Below the pieces are notes generated by a model. It had not been told where the DNA came from. It saw nothing but the letters and a program-made list of their open reading frames with translations, and did no database searches. DNA of 64,000 nt from Mobula hypostoma (lineage: Eukaryota), in assembly GCF_963921235.1 (NCBI RefSeq), contig NC_086108.1:83516001-83580000 (forward strand), written 5' to 3'. The stretch's first letter is position 1. Each line of letters starts with the position of its first letter. Below are positions 1 through 13,684 of the stretch, in pieces. Made by a program: the position numbers and the translations under genes.

Positions 1-1062
1 ATTCAGATTGTCTTTTACCAGTGAAGGATAAAGATTATACTATAAAACAAGACCTGATGTTGTTCAACTTTCCACTTTCTCAAGAACAACAAGGATGGGC
101 AATCAATGCTAGTCCTGCCATATCACATAAACTTAAAAAAAAAAGGCAAATTTGAGGAACCTGTCTACATTATTTAATCACTTATACCTAAATGGAGAGC
201 ACAAACTAAAAATATTTGCAGATTACACAAAGATTCATTTCCTGGTTGACAGAAAGAGAAAGCGTTAGACTGTAGAAAGAAATAGATTGTCCAGTCAGTT
301 AACGAGAGAAATGGCAGCTAGAGTTAAAATCCAAATAAAATGTATAAGGTGATGCCCTTGAGGTGGTGTAAAAAGTAAATAAAAAAGAGAGGTTACAGAA
401 TGCTGCTGAAGAGGGACCATAGAAAGTACATCTACAAATTCTTAAATGTAGAACAAATCAATACAATTTATAAGAAGTCTTCTTTTATCAGCTGAAGCAT
501 AGGATGAGGGCCGTCTACAACACGGGTTAATATGGTTAGTGAGCCTGCGTTTATTGCCTATTTTTAATATCCCTTGAACTGAGTGGCTTCATAATGCATT
601 TGCATTCACATACAGGCCAGCCCAGAAGACATATTTCCTCTCCAGAACAATATTAGTGAGTGAGATGTTTAAAACAATTTGCTTTATGGTCATCACTACT
701 GTTCTTCCAGCTGCTGTAGTGGGATTTGAACTTAGGTCTCTGGATCTTTAATCTAGTAATTTAAATGCTGTACCATCATTGTGCCTCTTGTTTGAGAAAC
801 GTATACATTTCTGCTCAGAACATTACAGGGAAGTACGGTATGATTGCACTCTGGAATGATGAAGCTAGGGAATAAAACAAAACTGCATAAAATAGAATTG
901 TTTCCTTTGGAATTGAGGCAGAGACCTAATTGAGGTGTATAGCCTAACTCTGTCATGATGAAATGGTGGAGCAGACTTGATGGGCCAAATGGCCTAATTC
1001 TGCTCCTATATCTTGTGGTATAAAAATAAGGGGCCTAGGTAGGGATCACGTATGAGAGGACT

Positions 1063-1690
1063 TAAGACCATAAGACATAGGAACAGAATTAGGTCATTTG
1101 GCCCATCGAATCTGCTGTCATTTCATCATAGCTGATTCATTTTTCCTTTCAGCCCCAAATCTCTTGCCCTGCCCCAATATCTCTCCATGCCCTGACCAAT
1201 CAAGAATCTATCAACCTCTGCCTCAAACATACATACAGACGTGGCCTCCACAGCTGCCTGTGGTAACGAATTCCACAGATTCACTACTCTTTGGCTAAAG
1301 AAATTTCTCCTCATCTCCATTCTAAAAGGACGCCCCTCTGTTCTGAGTTGTGACCTCTGGTCTTAGACTCTTCCACCATAGGAAACATCCTCTCCACATC
1401 CACGCTATCAAGGATTATCACCATTCAACAGGCTTCAATGAGGTCACCCCCCCATTCTTCTGAATTCCAGTGAATTCAGGCTCAGATCATAAAATGCTCT
1501 TCATATGACAAGCTGTTCAAACCTGGAATCATTCTCGTGAACCTCCTTTGAACCCTCTCCATTTGCAGCACATCCTTTCTAAGGCAAGGGGCCCAAAACT
1601 GCTCATAGTACTCAAAGTGAGGCCTCACCAGTTCTTTATAAAGTCTCAACATTACATCCTTGTTTTTATATTCTAGTCCTCATAGATGTA
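1063..1690 (-). mobile_element. CR1 LINE 3' fragment
   Basis: RRNFFSQRVVNLWNSLP C-terminal motif and tcttatggtctta-type 3' tail; boundaries approximate. Confidence 0.85.
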
Positions 1691-2268
1691 AAATAATTGG
1701 CAGAGGGATGAAATGGAAGATGAAGGAACGTGTTTTCATCCAGGGAACAGTCTTGAAATTGGTTATTGGAAGACTCTTACAGGCAGAAATCCTCATCAAA
1801 CTTAGACATTTAGTTGAAGAACTACAATCTAATCAGGCTGTGAATTGCAATGGAAAGCAAGGTAAAGTCGGTTATCTTTTTCAACCAATACGTATAGACA
1901 CAATGGGCCAAATAGCCTCCTTTCTTGTTGTAACTTTTCTGTAATTCCTTGAATGTGTCATTTTCTTTATCAAAAATGAGAATTCAGGAATTGAAGACAG
2001 AGAAGACTAAAACCCATTTGTATTCCTGTGGCTTAAGAAGCAATTTATTCTTCCATCTGCTAATTATTAACTTTTTTAGATTATGAAGACACGCAGTCCT
2101 CTTTTATTGTCATTTAGTAATGCATGCATTAAGGAATGATACAATATTCCTCCGGTGTGATATCACAGAAACACAGGACAGACCAAGACTGAAAAACTGA
2201 CAAAAACCACATCTTGTTGACCAAATAATGGATCTGGATCAGATAAAACAAAACAGAAAACACTTTTA

Positions 2269-2361
<93 letters not shown>

Positions 2362-2786
2362 TCAAATGAAGCATCACACTGTATATTATGAAATTGTGAG
2401 TGAAAAACATGAAAAGCAAATTTAATTTATAAGTAAATGAATCCTCAAAATCAGTATTTCATCATGATCCTTATTTCTGCTCCTATAACCAGGTTATGCT
2501 TACAGTACTCAATATCAGAGGCCATTCATTTTAACCAACTAAAAATGATTATACCATGAAAGTTAAAACAGTAAGAGAAAGAAAACTTAAAAGTATAAAG
2601 TCATGGAATAGCATACTTTCACCCATAAACTGAAACGCAACTGAAAACCCTTTTTCTTATATTTTTATTGACATTGTTCATGGGAGCCGCCATGGACCTA
2701 ATCTCATTGGTCCCTTTATCTTATATCTATGCAATGTATTCTCTATTATACACACCCATCAACACCCCCTAGATTCTTTCTTGCTA

Positions 2787-3495
2787 CAGCGATCCCCAGG
2801 TACCGGGCCACAAAGCATGCGCTACCGGGCCGTGAGGAAACGATACGAGTCAGCTGCACCTTTCCTCATTCCCTGTCACGCACTGTTGAACTTGAACATA
2901 GGACTGCCAACTGTCCCATATTTGCCGGGACTTCCCGTATATTGGGCTAAATTGGATTGTCCTGTATTTCCCCCGCTAAGGTACAGCGTTCCTATGAAAC
3001 CCTTCGTGCTGAAATGGCGTGAAGCAAAGAAGCAATTACCATTAATTTATATGGGAAAAATTTCTGAGCGTTCCCAGACCCAAAAAATAACCTAACGAAT
3101 CATACCAAATAACACATAAAACCGAAAATAAATATCTCTAACATATAGTAAAAGCAGGAATGATATGATGATATGATAAATACACAGCCTATATAAAGTA
3201 GAAATATTGTATGTACAGTGTAGTTGGGAAGATGAAGGCAAAACGGATTTGTGGGGAAAAAAAATCGACACGAGGCTTCATGGTCATGGTAGTCTTTCCT
3301 GGGGTAAAATGTCCCGGGATTTGACTGCTACTTTTGTCCCTTATTTGGGAGTGAGAAAGTTGGCAACCCTAACTGTAAAAGGCATGTTGAGGTGAGCTTA
3401 GCCCTACTTGAACACCCCCCCCCCGGTCGGCCGGTCTGCAAGAATATTGTCAATATTAAACCGGTCCGCAGTGCAAAAAAGGTTGGGGACCCCTG
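2787..3495. mobile_element. Non-autonomous hAT-type DNA element (copy 1)
   Basis: Highly similar to 61872-62757; ends ...aaaggttggggacccctg; no clean TSD here. Confidence 0.75.
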
Positions 3496-3599
3496 CTACA
3501 CTTAGAGATTATCCACAATAGCCTGCAAATATATTTTTGGGATGTGGAAGGAAACTGAGGCACACAGAGGCAACCCAGGTAGTTACTGAAAAAAATCTG

Positions 3600-3890
3600 A
3601 TTTTGTTCATTTACAGTCAAACAAAAGAACGCAACAGCAGGTACAGCATAAATTGCTCCATCAAAAACTATTAGGAACTAATACAGTTTTATAATACTGT
3701 AGTAGTATTGGTAGTGTTCTAATTGTTCTGTATTTATTTAAATATATAATTTGTTACTCAGTTATAGTTAGTTTGTCTTTTTGAACTTTTTTTTAACTAA
3801 TTCCATGAAACTTTGGCTAATTGTGGCAGCCACTTAATTGAGCCAAAATATACTGGTTCCCATGTGTCCCAATTAACCAGAATCCACTAC
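3600..3890. mobile_element. Truncated pogo/Tigger-like MITE
   Basis: Matches right half and TIR (ccaattaaccagaatccact) of 17323-18101. Confidence 0.65.
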
Positions 3891-4033
3891 ATATACTTTT
3901 ATTATGAATTTAGTTTGAATTTAACATAAAACAGACTAGCAGGGAGAATGGTATGGTCAGCATGGATAATTTGGGCTGAAGGGGCCATTTCTGAGCAGTA
4001 TTACTCAATCAGTATAAATACTAGTTGCTTTAC

Positions 4034-4160
4034 CTATTCACAACGCTGATCAATTCTTTCAACTTCTCCTCACCACACAATCTTTCATTTTCATTCGCAT
4101 CTGCATCACGACCCTTCAAGATGGGCAATTCAAACCGCTTTTTAAATTCTTGTACAGTCC
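4034..4160 (-). CDS. RAD54L: RAD54L coding exon 10
   Basis: [47 protein letters not shown] boundaries. Confidence 0.96.
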
Positions 4161-4416
4161 CTTGAAGATTTGAACAAGTATTAATCTTTATGCAAACTAC
4201 GATGCAAAAGCCACATGCTGAATATTAAGTACTAGATTATCCTTGCAACTTTTAAGTCTCATCACGTTAAGGACAAGGGAACAAATCTTACAAACAGTAC
4301 GATAACCAATTTCCAGCTTCTAGTTATACGAAGAATTCTACACAAATACTAAACTGCACAAGTCCAATTTTGATTAAACAGGCCTGTGCAAATTATAATT
4401 TAAAAAAAAAACTTAC

Positions 4417-4567
4417 CCAGTATTCCTGCATTAACAAAATGGACAAGGCTGAAATATTCTAGCAAGTCATTCTGGATTGGTGTTCCTGAGATCAACACAC
4501 GACGCTTGGCATTCAGATTGTTCAATGCCTGATATGTCTGATTGTCTGAATTCTTTAGCCTATGACC
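4417..4567 (-). CDS. RAD54L: RAD54L coding exon 9 (end of motif II, motif III)
   Basis: [53 protein letters not shown] acceptor, GTAAGT donor. Confidence 0.97.
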
Positions 4568-5249
4568 CTGTGATGGAAATGAAGAACAGCGGAGTATATT
4601 AGAAAAGACCTCACTTCATAAAATGATATCTTTGATTTTGGAAACTTACAGAAATATTAAAATTAAAACTTAATTCAAATCAGAGATGAAAAATTTCTTT
4701 CAACTGGTACACTGTATACATTCTAAAGAAGCTGTTAAATGAATTTTACAAAGGACAGAGATAATCCTTAGAGCAGATATAGACAATTAAAGAAATATAT
4801 CCCTTGTAGGCCCTTAAAACTTTTGTTTAAAATTTTAAAGAATACATTATCCTGTTGCATTACATATACATGCATCACACCTTAATACTCTCAGAAATTA
4901 TTCACAGCTAGTAATTCACAAGATTTAAATGAAACATACACTACAAAAACATGCCATAAGTGACCATCAGTGGTCAAAGAATGTGGAATTCAAATCAAGC
5001 AATGTGGACCATAACTCTGAAATCTTGAAAGAAACAATATAATGGGGAAAAACAACAAGCATTAAATAAACTCATTCAACATGGATTGGTTTATAAGCAT
5101 CAAATAGCTTTACTCAATCTACAACGTTTGTATAATTATCTTGTAATCCTGTTTAACAAGGATATCTGGAATGGGAAATATATGCTGAGAGTGTTAATTA
5201 AAACAAACTATGAAGCAGATGCAAGCTGGTCACAGAGAATAGTTAAAGT

Positions 5250-6160
5250 TCAAAAAAAAAGTTTAAAGTAACATTTGTCATCAGAGTACATACATGTAAG
5301 CTCAGTGTTGTATGTGATTCTTTTTCTGTAGGCATACTTAGCAAATCAGTAACTGTAAACAGGATCAATGGACAACAAACTGGCAAATGCAGATAAAAAT
5401 AAATGGCAAATAAATAATGAGCATAAAATATCAATATAACAGTCCATAAATGTGAGTAGTTATCACCTTTTATTCAAGAGCCTGATGGTTGATGGGTAGA
5501 AACTGTTATTGAACCTTGTGGTGTGAATCCTGAGGCACTTGTATCTTCTACCTGATGGCAGCAGCGAGTAAGGAGCATGGCCTGGATGGTGAGGATCTTT
5601 GATGATGGATGCTGCTTTTCTAGGGCAGCATTTCATGTACGTGCACTCAATGGTTGGCAGGGTTTTACCCGTGACGTACTCTGCCAAGTCCACTACCTTT
5701 TGTAGTGTTTTCCACGCAAAGGCATTGGTATTCCCATACCAGGCCATAGTGCAGCCAGTCAGCTCACTTTCTACCACACATCTATACGAGTTTGCCAAGG
5801 TTTTCTTATGACAGGCTGAATCTTTGCAGACTTTTGAGGAAGTAGAGGCACTGTCGTGCTTTCTCTGCAATTATATTTAGATGATGTGTCCAGGACAGGT
5901 CCTCTGAGATAGTGACACCCAGGAATTTCAAGTTACTGACCCTCCCCACCTCTGATTGTCCAATGACTACTGGCTCGTGGACCTCTGGTTTCCCCCTCCT
6001 GAAGTCTACAATCAGTTCCTTGGTCTTATTGACACTGAGTGAGAGGTTGTTATTACATCACTCTGCCAAATTTTCAATCTCCCTCCTGTATGCTGATTCA
6101 TCACCACCTTTGATACAGCCCACAATAGTGGTGTCATCAGCAAACTTGTATATGGTGTTG
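5250..6160 (-). mobile_element. Rex1/Babar-like non-LTR retrotransposon 3' fragment
   Basis: KFADDTT RT motif and C-terminal ...HPGH..SLLPSGRRY...RFNNSFYP motif on minus strand. Confidence 0.75.
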
Positions 6161-6209
6161 AATATTGTTGAAGTGCATAGACACGTCACTAAGTAACAAG
6201 ACAGTTTAC

Positions 6210-6334
6210 CTCATCACAGATGACTAAACCAACAGGACCTCTGCAAAGCACATCAGCATGTAATCGGAACGTCTCATAAGAAATTATTAGGATTGGAGTT
6301 TGAATCCGCAACCCTTGTTGGCTCATAAACGTGG
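6210..6334 (-). CDS. RAD54L: RAD54L coding exon 8 (Walker B, DE of DEGH)
   Basis: [44 protein letters not shown] acceptor, GTAAAC donor. Confidence 0.96.
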
Positions 6335-6945
6335 CTGTATAGGGTGGAAGAAGGTGAAAAAATAAATCTCAGAACAAGTTCCAATATAAAGCAGCAATAT
6401 ATATATGTCATGACCAATAATATAATGTTCCACTGAAGTTCAGCTGAGATTACTTGCCAATTTCTCAGAGTTGATGCCTACATATAAAAAAGTCTGCTCA
6501 AGGCAAGGCTCTGAACAGACCAAGCACATTATACTTGTAATAAAGGAGGGATTTCATAGGAGAACTTAACATCCAAACCTGTTATCTTACAGTTTTTTCA
6601 AGGCTGCAATTAAGTCAGTAGGCACCAAATAGAAATCCAGTTTAACCAGTCAACTTCAACTTTAGCCAAAAAATCCACTCCAATGTTACAAGGTAGAATT
6701 TTCATCATCTGAATTTTTTGTCAATTTGACATCAATTTTCCAAAATATATTTTCTCACTGCAGCTTTGCAAAAAAACATTGATCGGCTTGCTGAAGCTTA
6801 ATGCTTCAACTGAAAAAAAAGAGTAGCTAATTTAAATAATAACTGAGATTATATGTTCAAACAATGGGGTGGTGTTTATAAATATAAACCTTATATACGC
6901 AACAAACCAAGCAAATGAAAATCTTACAAAGCAGTTTTAATTTAC

Positions 6946-7458
6946 AAGCCTCCAACCTGATGGCATGAACATTGACTTCTCCAGCCTCCAACCTGATGGC
7001 ATGAACATTGACTTCTCTAACTTCCGCTAATGCCCCACCTCCTCCTCCCCCTCGTACCCCATCCGTTATTTATTTTTATACACACATTCTTTCTCTCACT
7101 CTCCTTTTTCTCCCTGTCCCTCTGACTGTAGCCCTTGCCCATCCTCTGGGTTCCTTCCCCCTCCCCCATCTTTCTCCCTGGGCCTCCTGTCCCATGATCC
7201 TCTTATATCCTTTTTGCCAATCACCTGTCCAGCTCTTGGCTCCATCCCTCCCCCTCCTATCTTCTCCTATCATTTTGGATCTCCCCCTCCCCCTTTCAAA
7301 TCTCTTACTAACTCTTCCTTCAGTTAGTCCTGACGAAGGGTCTCGGCCTGAAACGTCGACTGTACCTCTTCCTAGAGATGCTGCCTGGCCTGCTGCGTTC
7401 ACCAGCAACTTTGATGTGTGTTGCTTGAATTTCCAGCATCTGCAGAGTTCCTGTTGTC
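6946..7458 (+). mobile_element. Penelope-like element 3' fragment (pseudo-LTR) with hammerhead motif
   Basis: Homologous to the 3' end of GIY-YIG-encoding copies in this window; 9-bp TSD ttaatttac (6937-6945 / 7459-7467); ~36-bp tandem duplication at the 5' junction. Confidence 0.85.
7326..7361 (+). ncRNA. Minimal type I hammerhead ribozyme motif
   Basis: agtc-CTGACGA-a-gggt-ctcg-gcct-GAAAC-GTC-gact: both core boxes, stem I, stem II and GUC triplet present. Confidence 0.8.
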
Positions 7459-7471
7459 TTAATTTACTTAC

Positions 7472-7760
7472 CCAGTTTCTTGTCTATCTCTGCTTTAGTT
7501 CCTCCATCAATAGCCAGGGATTGCAACTTTCCCGCCAGCCACTTCTCCACCTCATTATACCAGTTTTTTACTAAACTGGATGGAGTCACAACAATAACTT
7601 TTCCAATCTCTGGCTTGGCTTCAGGGCTTTGTCGTAAGAGTGTCCACATTAGTGAAATACACTGCAAAGTCTTGCCAAGTCCCATCTCATCTGCCATAAT
7701 ACAGCCATAGCCATCCACAATTCGTCGACCCGTCACACAGTCCCACATGAACTTCACACC
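7472..7760 (-). CDS. RAD54L: RAD54L coding exon 7 (SNF2 Walker A)
   Basis: [11 protein letters not shown]...[28 protein letters not shown]...[19 protein letters not shown] acceptor, GTAAGT donor. Confidence 0.98.
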
Positions 7761-8235
7761 CTGAAAGACAAAAGAACCACCGTCAAAGGAGATGAAAACA
7801 GAAAATTACATTGATCACGTGGGAGGGTACAATAGCTTATATTCATGGTTTTAAACATACCTTAATAGTGTCTAACTGGAAACACTAATGGGAAGCTACA
7901 TCCTTCCTGCTTATGGAGTGAAAATATATAGTGTCATACCCACTACGTTTGGTACATCCACTAGTACCAGACCACAAACTGCATCAACATGAATTTAGAA
8001 GTTTCTCCACAGACTTTGTTTTAAATTATGCAGTAAGCATTCACCAACACCTCTGCTTCAAGATACTAAATAAATTTGGCGTGTCCCTCCCCCGGTCCTT
8101 ACCAATTTTTAATCAATGCACTATAGAAAGCATCTAATCTCAATACAACTGCTCTTCCTATGACCACAAGAAACTGCAGAGTGACGACACAGTTCAACAC
8201 ATCATGGAAACTAGCCTCCCCTCTATGGACTCAGT

Positions 8236-9438
8236 TGTATATTTGGATTTTCAGAAGGCCTTTGACAAGGTGCCACACATGAGGCTACTTACAAGATAAG
8301 CGCCCATAGAATTACGGGAAAGTAACATACGTGGATAGAGCATTGGCTGATTGGCAGGAAACAGAGAGTGGGAATAAAGGGATCCTATTCTGGTTGGCTG
8401 CCGGTTACCAGTGGTGTTCCACAGGGGTCCGTGTTGAGGCCGCTTCTTTTTACATTGTACATCAATGATTTGGATTATGGAATAGATGGCTTTGTGGCCA
8501 AGTTTGCTGACGATACGAAGATAGGAGGAGGGGCCGGTAGTGCTGAGGAAACAAAGAGTCTGCAGAGAGACTTGGATAGATTGGAAGAATGGGCAGAGAA
8601 GTGGCAAATGAAGTACAATGTTGGAAAGTGTATGGTTATGCACTTTGGCAGAAAAAATAAACGGGCAGACTATTATTTAAATGGGGAAAGAATTCAAAGT
8701 TCTGAGATGCAACGGAACTTGGGAGTCCTCGTACAGGATACCCTTAAAGTTAACCTCCAGGTTGAGTCAGTAGTGAAGAAGGTGAATGCAATGATGGCAT
8801 TCATTTCTAGGGGAATAGAGTATAGGAGCAGGGATGCGATGTTGAGGCTCTATAAGGCACTGGTGAGACCTCACTTGGAGTACTGTGGGCAGTTTTGGTC
8901 TCCTTATTTAAGAAAGGATGTGCTGACGTTGGAAAGGGTACAGAGAAGATTCACTAGAATGATTCCAGGAATGAGATGGTTAACATATGAGGAACGTTTG
9001 TCTGCTCTTGGACTGTATTCCTTGGAGTTTAGAAGAATGAGGGGGAGACCTCAGAAACATTTCGAATGTTAAAAGGCATGGACAGAGTGGATGTGGCAAA
9101 GTTGTTTTCCATGATGGGGCAGTCTAGTACGAGAGGGCATGACTTAAGGATTGAAGGGCGCCCATTCAGAACAGAAACGTGAAGAAATTTTTTTAGTCAG
9201 AGGGTGGTGAATCTATGGAATTTGTTGCCACAGGCAGCAGTGGAGGCCAAGTCATTTGGTGTATTTAAGGCAGAGATTGATAGGTATCTGAGTAGTCAGG
9301 GCATCAAAGGTTATGGTGAGAAGGCGGGGGAGTGGGACTAAATAGGAGAAAATGGATTAGCTCATGATAAAATGGTGGAGCAGACTTGATGGGCCAAATG
9401 GCCTACTTCTGCTCCTTTGTCTTTGTCTTATGGTCTTA
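8236..9438 (+). mobile_element. CR1 LINE, 5'-truncated (RT C-terminal half), inserted into an older LINE 3' fragment (~8140-9810)
   Basis: LDFQKAFDKVPH, GVPQGSVL, KFADDTK, RPHLEYC motifs; CR1 tail. Confidence 0.92.
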
Positions 9439-10047
9439 TACTTTTCATTGCCTCAGTAAACAACAGCCAGCATAATCCAAGACCACTCCAGACATTCTCT
9501 CTTCTCCCCTCTACCAACAGGCAGAGGATACAAAAGCCTGAAAGTATGCACCACCAGACCCAAGACCATCTTCTACACCATTGTGATAAGACTGAATGGT
9601 TCCCTCGTATGCTAAGATAGACTCTTGACCTCCCAGTCTAGCTCATTATGATCTTCCATCTTGTCTACCTGCACTAGACTTTCACTGTAGCCATTACAAT
9701 TTATTCTGCCTTGTACTATCTCAATCAAATTAATTGATCTGTTTGAATAGTATGCAAGACAACATTTTCACTCTACCTCAGTACAGGTTACAATAATAAA
9801 TCAATACCAATTTAAATTGCTGAGTTTTCTTTTTAAGCTCTAGAATGATTCCCCTAATCTTTTCTCCATCTATGGTCTCACTGATCTTTTGAAGCCAAAT
9901 GGACACAAGGGGCACATTGTTTCTGGTAACATGTTCCATGTCACATCCAGATTCTCAGGAAATCGAGATCAACCTGCATCAGGTCCTTCAATTATTCTTC
10001 TCTCTGGCAAGCAGTAAACTACCATTCTACACCTGTGATGATATATG

Positions 10048-10350
10048 ATAGGCATCTGTTAGTCTCGTGAGACCATGGATTTGTGCCTTGGAAGGTTTCC
10101 AGGGCGCAGGCCTGGGCAAGGTTGAATGGAAGACCGGCAGTTGCCCATGCTGCAAGTCTCCCCTCTCCATGCCACTGATGTTGTCCAAGGGAAGGGCATT
10201 AGGACCCATACAGCTTGGCACCGGTGTCGTCGCAGAGCAATGTGTGGTTAAGTGCCTTGCTCAAGGACACAACATGCTGCCTCAGCCAAGGCTCGAACTA
10301 GCGACCTTCAGATCACTAGACGAACGCCTTAACCACTTGGCCACGCGCAC
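10048..10350 (-). mobile_element. tRNA-derived SINE (copy 1 of a family also at 36443-36752)
   Basis: Minus strand begins gtggccaagtggttaagg (A box)...gttcgag (B box); ~300 bp; second similar copy in window. Confidence 0.8.
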
Positions 10351-10682
10351 CTGTATATGGTGACATACCCAAGATCGAGAACTCTGTTTGGAGAAGTTCT
10401 AGATTATACTAGATTTAAACCAAATGCCAACCTGAAATGCGCCACCACAACTTCATCGCTCTCCATTCACATTCCACCAGCACTTCTGCACTGTTAATGG
10501 AAAGGGGTGAGCAGGGAGCCTCTTAAATTAGTTCAGCCTGTTTCGCCTGATTTGAGGGCTTGCCAATATTTCTTTAAGCAATGCAATAGTTACATTGGAA
10601 TGTCACAGCAAAAGCAGAATCACATAGCTTTCTCAGCAATAAATTACATAAAAAGCTTTACAGAGTACACTACTAAACCCAC

Positions 10683-10752
10683 CTCTCTTTGATGTGGTCT
10701 TAGGACAGAAGACAAGATCGGATCTACCACCACATGTACTGGAAGTTTATCT
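10683..10752 (-). CDS. RAD54L: RAD54L coding exon 6
   Basis: [23 protein letters not shown]; tttag acceptor, GTGGGT donor. Confidence 0.96.
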
Positions 10753-11946
10753 CTAAAGGAAGAACAACATTCAAAATCAGAAATATGTATGCATATGAAG
10801 CTGAGTTATTTTGGCATGAATATGCCAGTCATTCCCTGACTTTGTTACAAACTTACCCAATATTGAGTAATAATGCGCTGTTGATTTAGTTTTTTTGGGA
10901 TTTAAAAAATATACTTTTTCCCCAATTACCAGCTCATTTCCAAAATTTCCAAGATCCCTGAAAAGCAACCTTAATCCTTTAACGAGTCCACTGTCAAAAA
11001 TATGAATAGTTTTGAAATACTTCTCCAGTTGTATGATCTGGATTCATCTTTTATTTAGATTACTCTTTATACATCACTTAAGAAAATGTAATTCTTTAAA
11101 ATTAGTTCATTTACTTAATCCTATTTGGATGTTCTAATTTTTGGCACTGTAAAAGTCATTTTTAATGAATATTCAATCATTTAGTAGTTATACAAGTTTC
11201 AAATAAAAGGAATTACATATACTCCTTCCACAGCAGACAAGTGAAAATTGCAATATTGTTACTGAGTTAATGAACTAACTGAAACTTTAAAAAACCTCTA
11301 GGCCAAAGATTAAAATGAAAGCCATCTATGACACAATTTCCACCAATTTTATCAGCAATAAAACAATATTTTGTTGTGAGCAAAGTTTTGCATTGGGAAT
11401 TTATTAGGTGTTCCAAAAACTGAAATTTCTGTGTACTTCTCAGATTTGTTTTCACTGCTAAACTCACAAATTGTCAGTTGAACGATTAGTTTTTGCTGTA
11501 CTGCAGATCATGGTCTTTCTTGGGGGCTTTGGTATTTTTTGCTAGGTGGGTGGAGGGTGCTGATGCTTTTTGCTGAAGTAAATGGAGGTGGGGAAGGGTC
11601 GTTGCTTTGCTGCTGCTTGTGCGTGGGAGGAGGGAGTGGGGAGCTATGGAGTTCTAACATTTTTACTGTCACTCATTCTTTGGGATACTCTTCTGTTTTC
11701 ATACATATCTACGAAGAACAAGAATTTCAGCTCGGATATTAAACGCAACTATTGAATTAACGGACAGTACTATCAGATCAGATAACTTGAATAAATATGC
11801 AGATGTTACTTAAACACCCATATGACCAAATAAGGAACATAACATCAGAATTTATTTTATATAATTTGGGGCAAATATTTAAATGCAAAGTAAAGCATAA
11901 ATAATATTGTTACACTTCATAATAATAAGTGAATACTTTTACTTAC

Positions 11947-12082
11947 TTGTCAGCCTTTAGTTGGTCATGCGCACTAAGAGGCGGAGGTTCAAAGAGTACT
12001 AAAGCACCTTCTTCATATGGATCATGAAGTGATCGCCTGGCTCCTGTACGTTTAATCCCGAGGGCCTTTAATCCAAGAGAAC
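11947..12082 (-). CDS. RAD54L: RAD54L coding exon 5
   Basis: [48 protein letters not shown] acceptor, GTAAGT donor. Confidence 0.95.
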
Positions 12083-12269
12083 CTTAAATACAGCATACAA
12101 GTAAGCCTTGTACAGAGAGCTCATATATGAGCAAATGTATCATATGAACATCAGGTCTTCATTCTTCTGACAAATGACTAATGACACCCACAGCAGAAAA
12201 ATGTGATAGGATGGACTGGTGTGAATTGAAATATTGAAATATTCAATGATTTAATTCTCTGTTAAATGT

Positions 12270-12398
12270 TCTCTCTCCCCCTCTCCCCCCCCCACGCTCA
12301 CCCTCCCTCACCCTCTCCCCCTGCCCGCCCTCACCCTCTCCCCCGACCGCCCTCACCCTCTCCCTCCGCCCGCTTGCCCTCCCTCACCCTCTCCCTCT
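12270..12398. repeat. C/T-rich low-complexity tract
   Basis: Degenerate ccctca/ccctct/cgcc repeats. Confidence 0.8.
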
Positions 12399-12399
12399 A

Positions 12400-12985
12400 T
12401 GCTTCTATGTTTCATCCTATCCACTTTGGTTCAGTCCCTTTCCAGCTATATCCATGACCCTTCACATGCTCTCAATCTCCTCAACAGCTTTCAAATCCTT
12501 GGCCCAGATTGCCTAAATTTTCACCATGGATGTTCAGTCCCTATACACTTCTATCCCCATCATGAAGGTCTTAAAGTTTTCTGCTTCTTTATTAACAATA
12601 GGCCCGATCAGTTCCCCTCCACCATCACCCTTCTCCGTCTGGCAGAACTGGTCCTCACCCTCAACAATTTCTCCTTCAGCTTCTCACACTTTCTTCATAA
12701 CAGCATGGGCCCCAGCTGTGCCTGCCTTTTCGTTGGCTATGTGGAACAGTCCATGCTCCAAGCCTTCCACAGTAGTGCTCCGTAACTCTTTCAGTACTAC
12801 ATTGAGGGCTGCATTTACGCTGCTTCATGCACCCACGCTGAGCTTGTCAATTTCATTAACTTTGCCACCAACTTTCCCCCTGCTCTCAAATTCACTTGGT
12901 CCATTTGTGACACCTCACTTTCCTTTCTCGATCTCTGTCTCCATCTGTGGAGACAAACTGTCTACTGATATCTTTTATAAACCCA
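12400..12985 (+). mobile_element. Penelope-like RT fragment (continues ~14025-14265)
   Basis: MDVQSLYTSIP, LVLTLNNFSF, MGPSCACLFVGYVE, LSTDIFYKPT motifs with frameshifts. Confidence 0.85.
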
Positions 12986-13648
12986 CCAAAAATGAAGATG
13001 ACGCCAGCGAACAACTCGACTAAAGGCGACGTGCTTCAGACAGTTCATGAAACTACTACTTTTCTACTTCTTTCAAATATGATTCTGCTACTAAGCTTTT
13101 ACATGCAATTCGAATGTGTGATTTACATTTTCACGGTGTGTTTGAGCCAATTGAGTGAACTGGCACCTTAGGGAGTGTGTGGCTTACAGACGGGGTGCAA
13201 GCCCATGATCAACTCAATTTCTCACCAATCTCACTGATTTAAGCATCGAGCAAGATTGCAATCAACGAGGAAGTGAGTGGAAGGCAAGCAGGTATTCAGC
13301 GCTGTCTGCCTGAGCTTGACTGGTCTCACTCTCTTGCTATCATTTTCTGCTGCCGGAGGAAGGTGCCTTCATTTGACTGTTCTTTCTCACTGCTCCCTGC
13401 TCCCAGAGGAAGGTGCCTGGGTTTAACCAGTCGCTTTCTCTCTCTCGCTCCATGCTGCTGGAGTCTTGGGCAAGATTCAAGTGACACAGTTTCTGTTTTG
13501 GACTCTGCAGTTCATGTTCATGTCTCTGGTTACTCCTTTATTATTGCTATTTGATTGGGCAGACTGGCTTTGCAGCCTGCAGTCAATGACAACACAATTC
13601 TAAATTGAACTGAACTAAACTAAGCTGAACATTCCTAGGAAGAGGTAC

Positions 13649-13684
13649 AGTCGACGTTTCGGGCCGAGTCCTTTCGTCAGGAGT
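13649..13684 (-). ncRNA. Minimal hammerhead motif with damaged stem II
   Basis: Minus: actc-CTGACGA-a-agga-ctcg-gccc-GAAAC-GTC-gact. Confidence 0.6.

Noticed and set aside
7008..7574. Recurring short ORFs such as 'MLVNAAGQAASLGRG...' and 'SPDEGSRPETST' as a protein family
   Set aside because: They are chance translations of the non-coding PLE pseudo-LTR and hammerhead repeat.
10270..10350. tRNA genes (also at 23081 and 36680)
   Set aside because: A/B boxes are SINE heads attached to repeat bodies; no complete cloverleaf could be supported.
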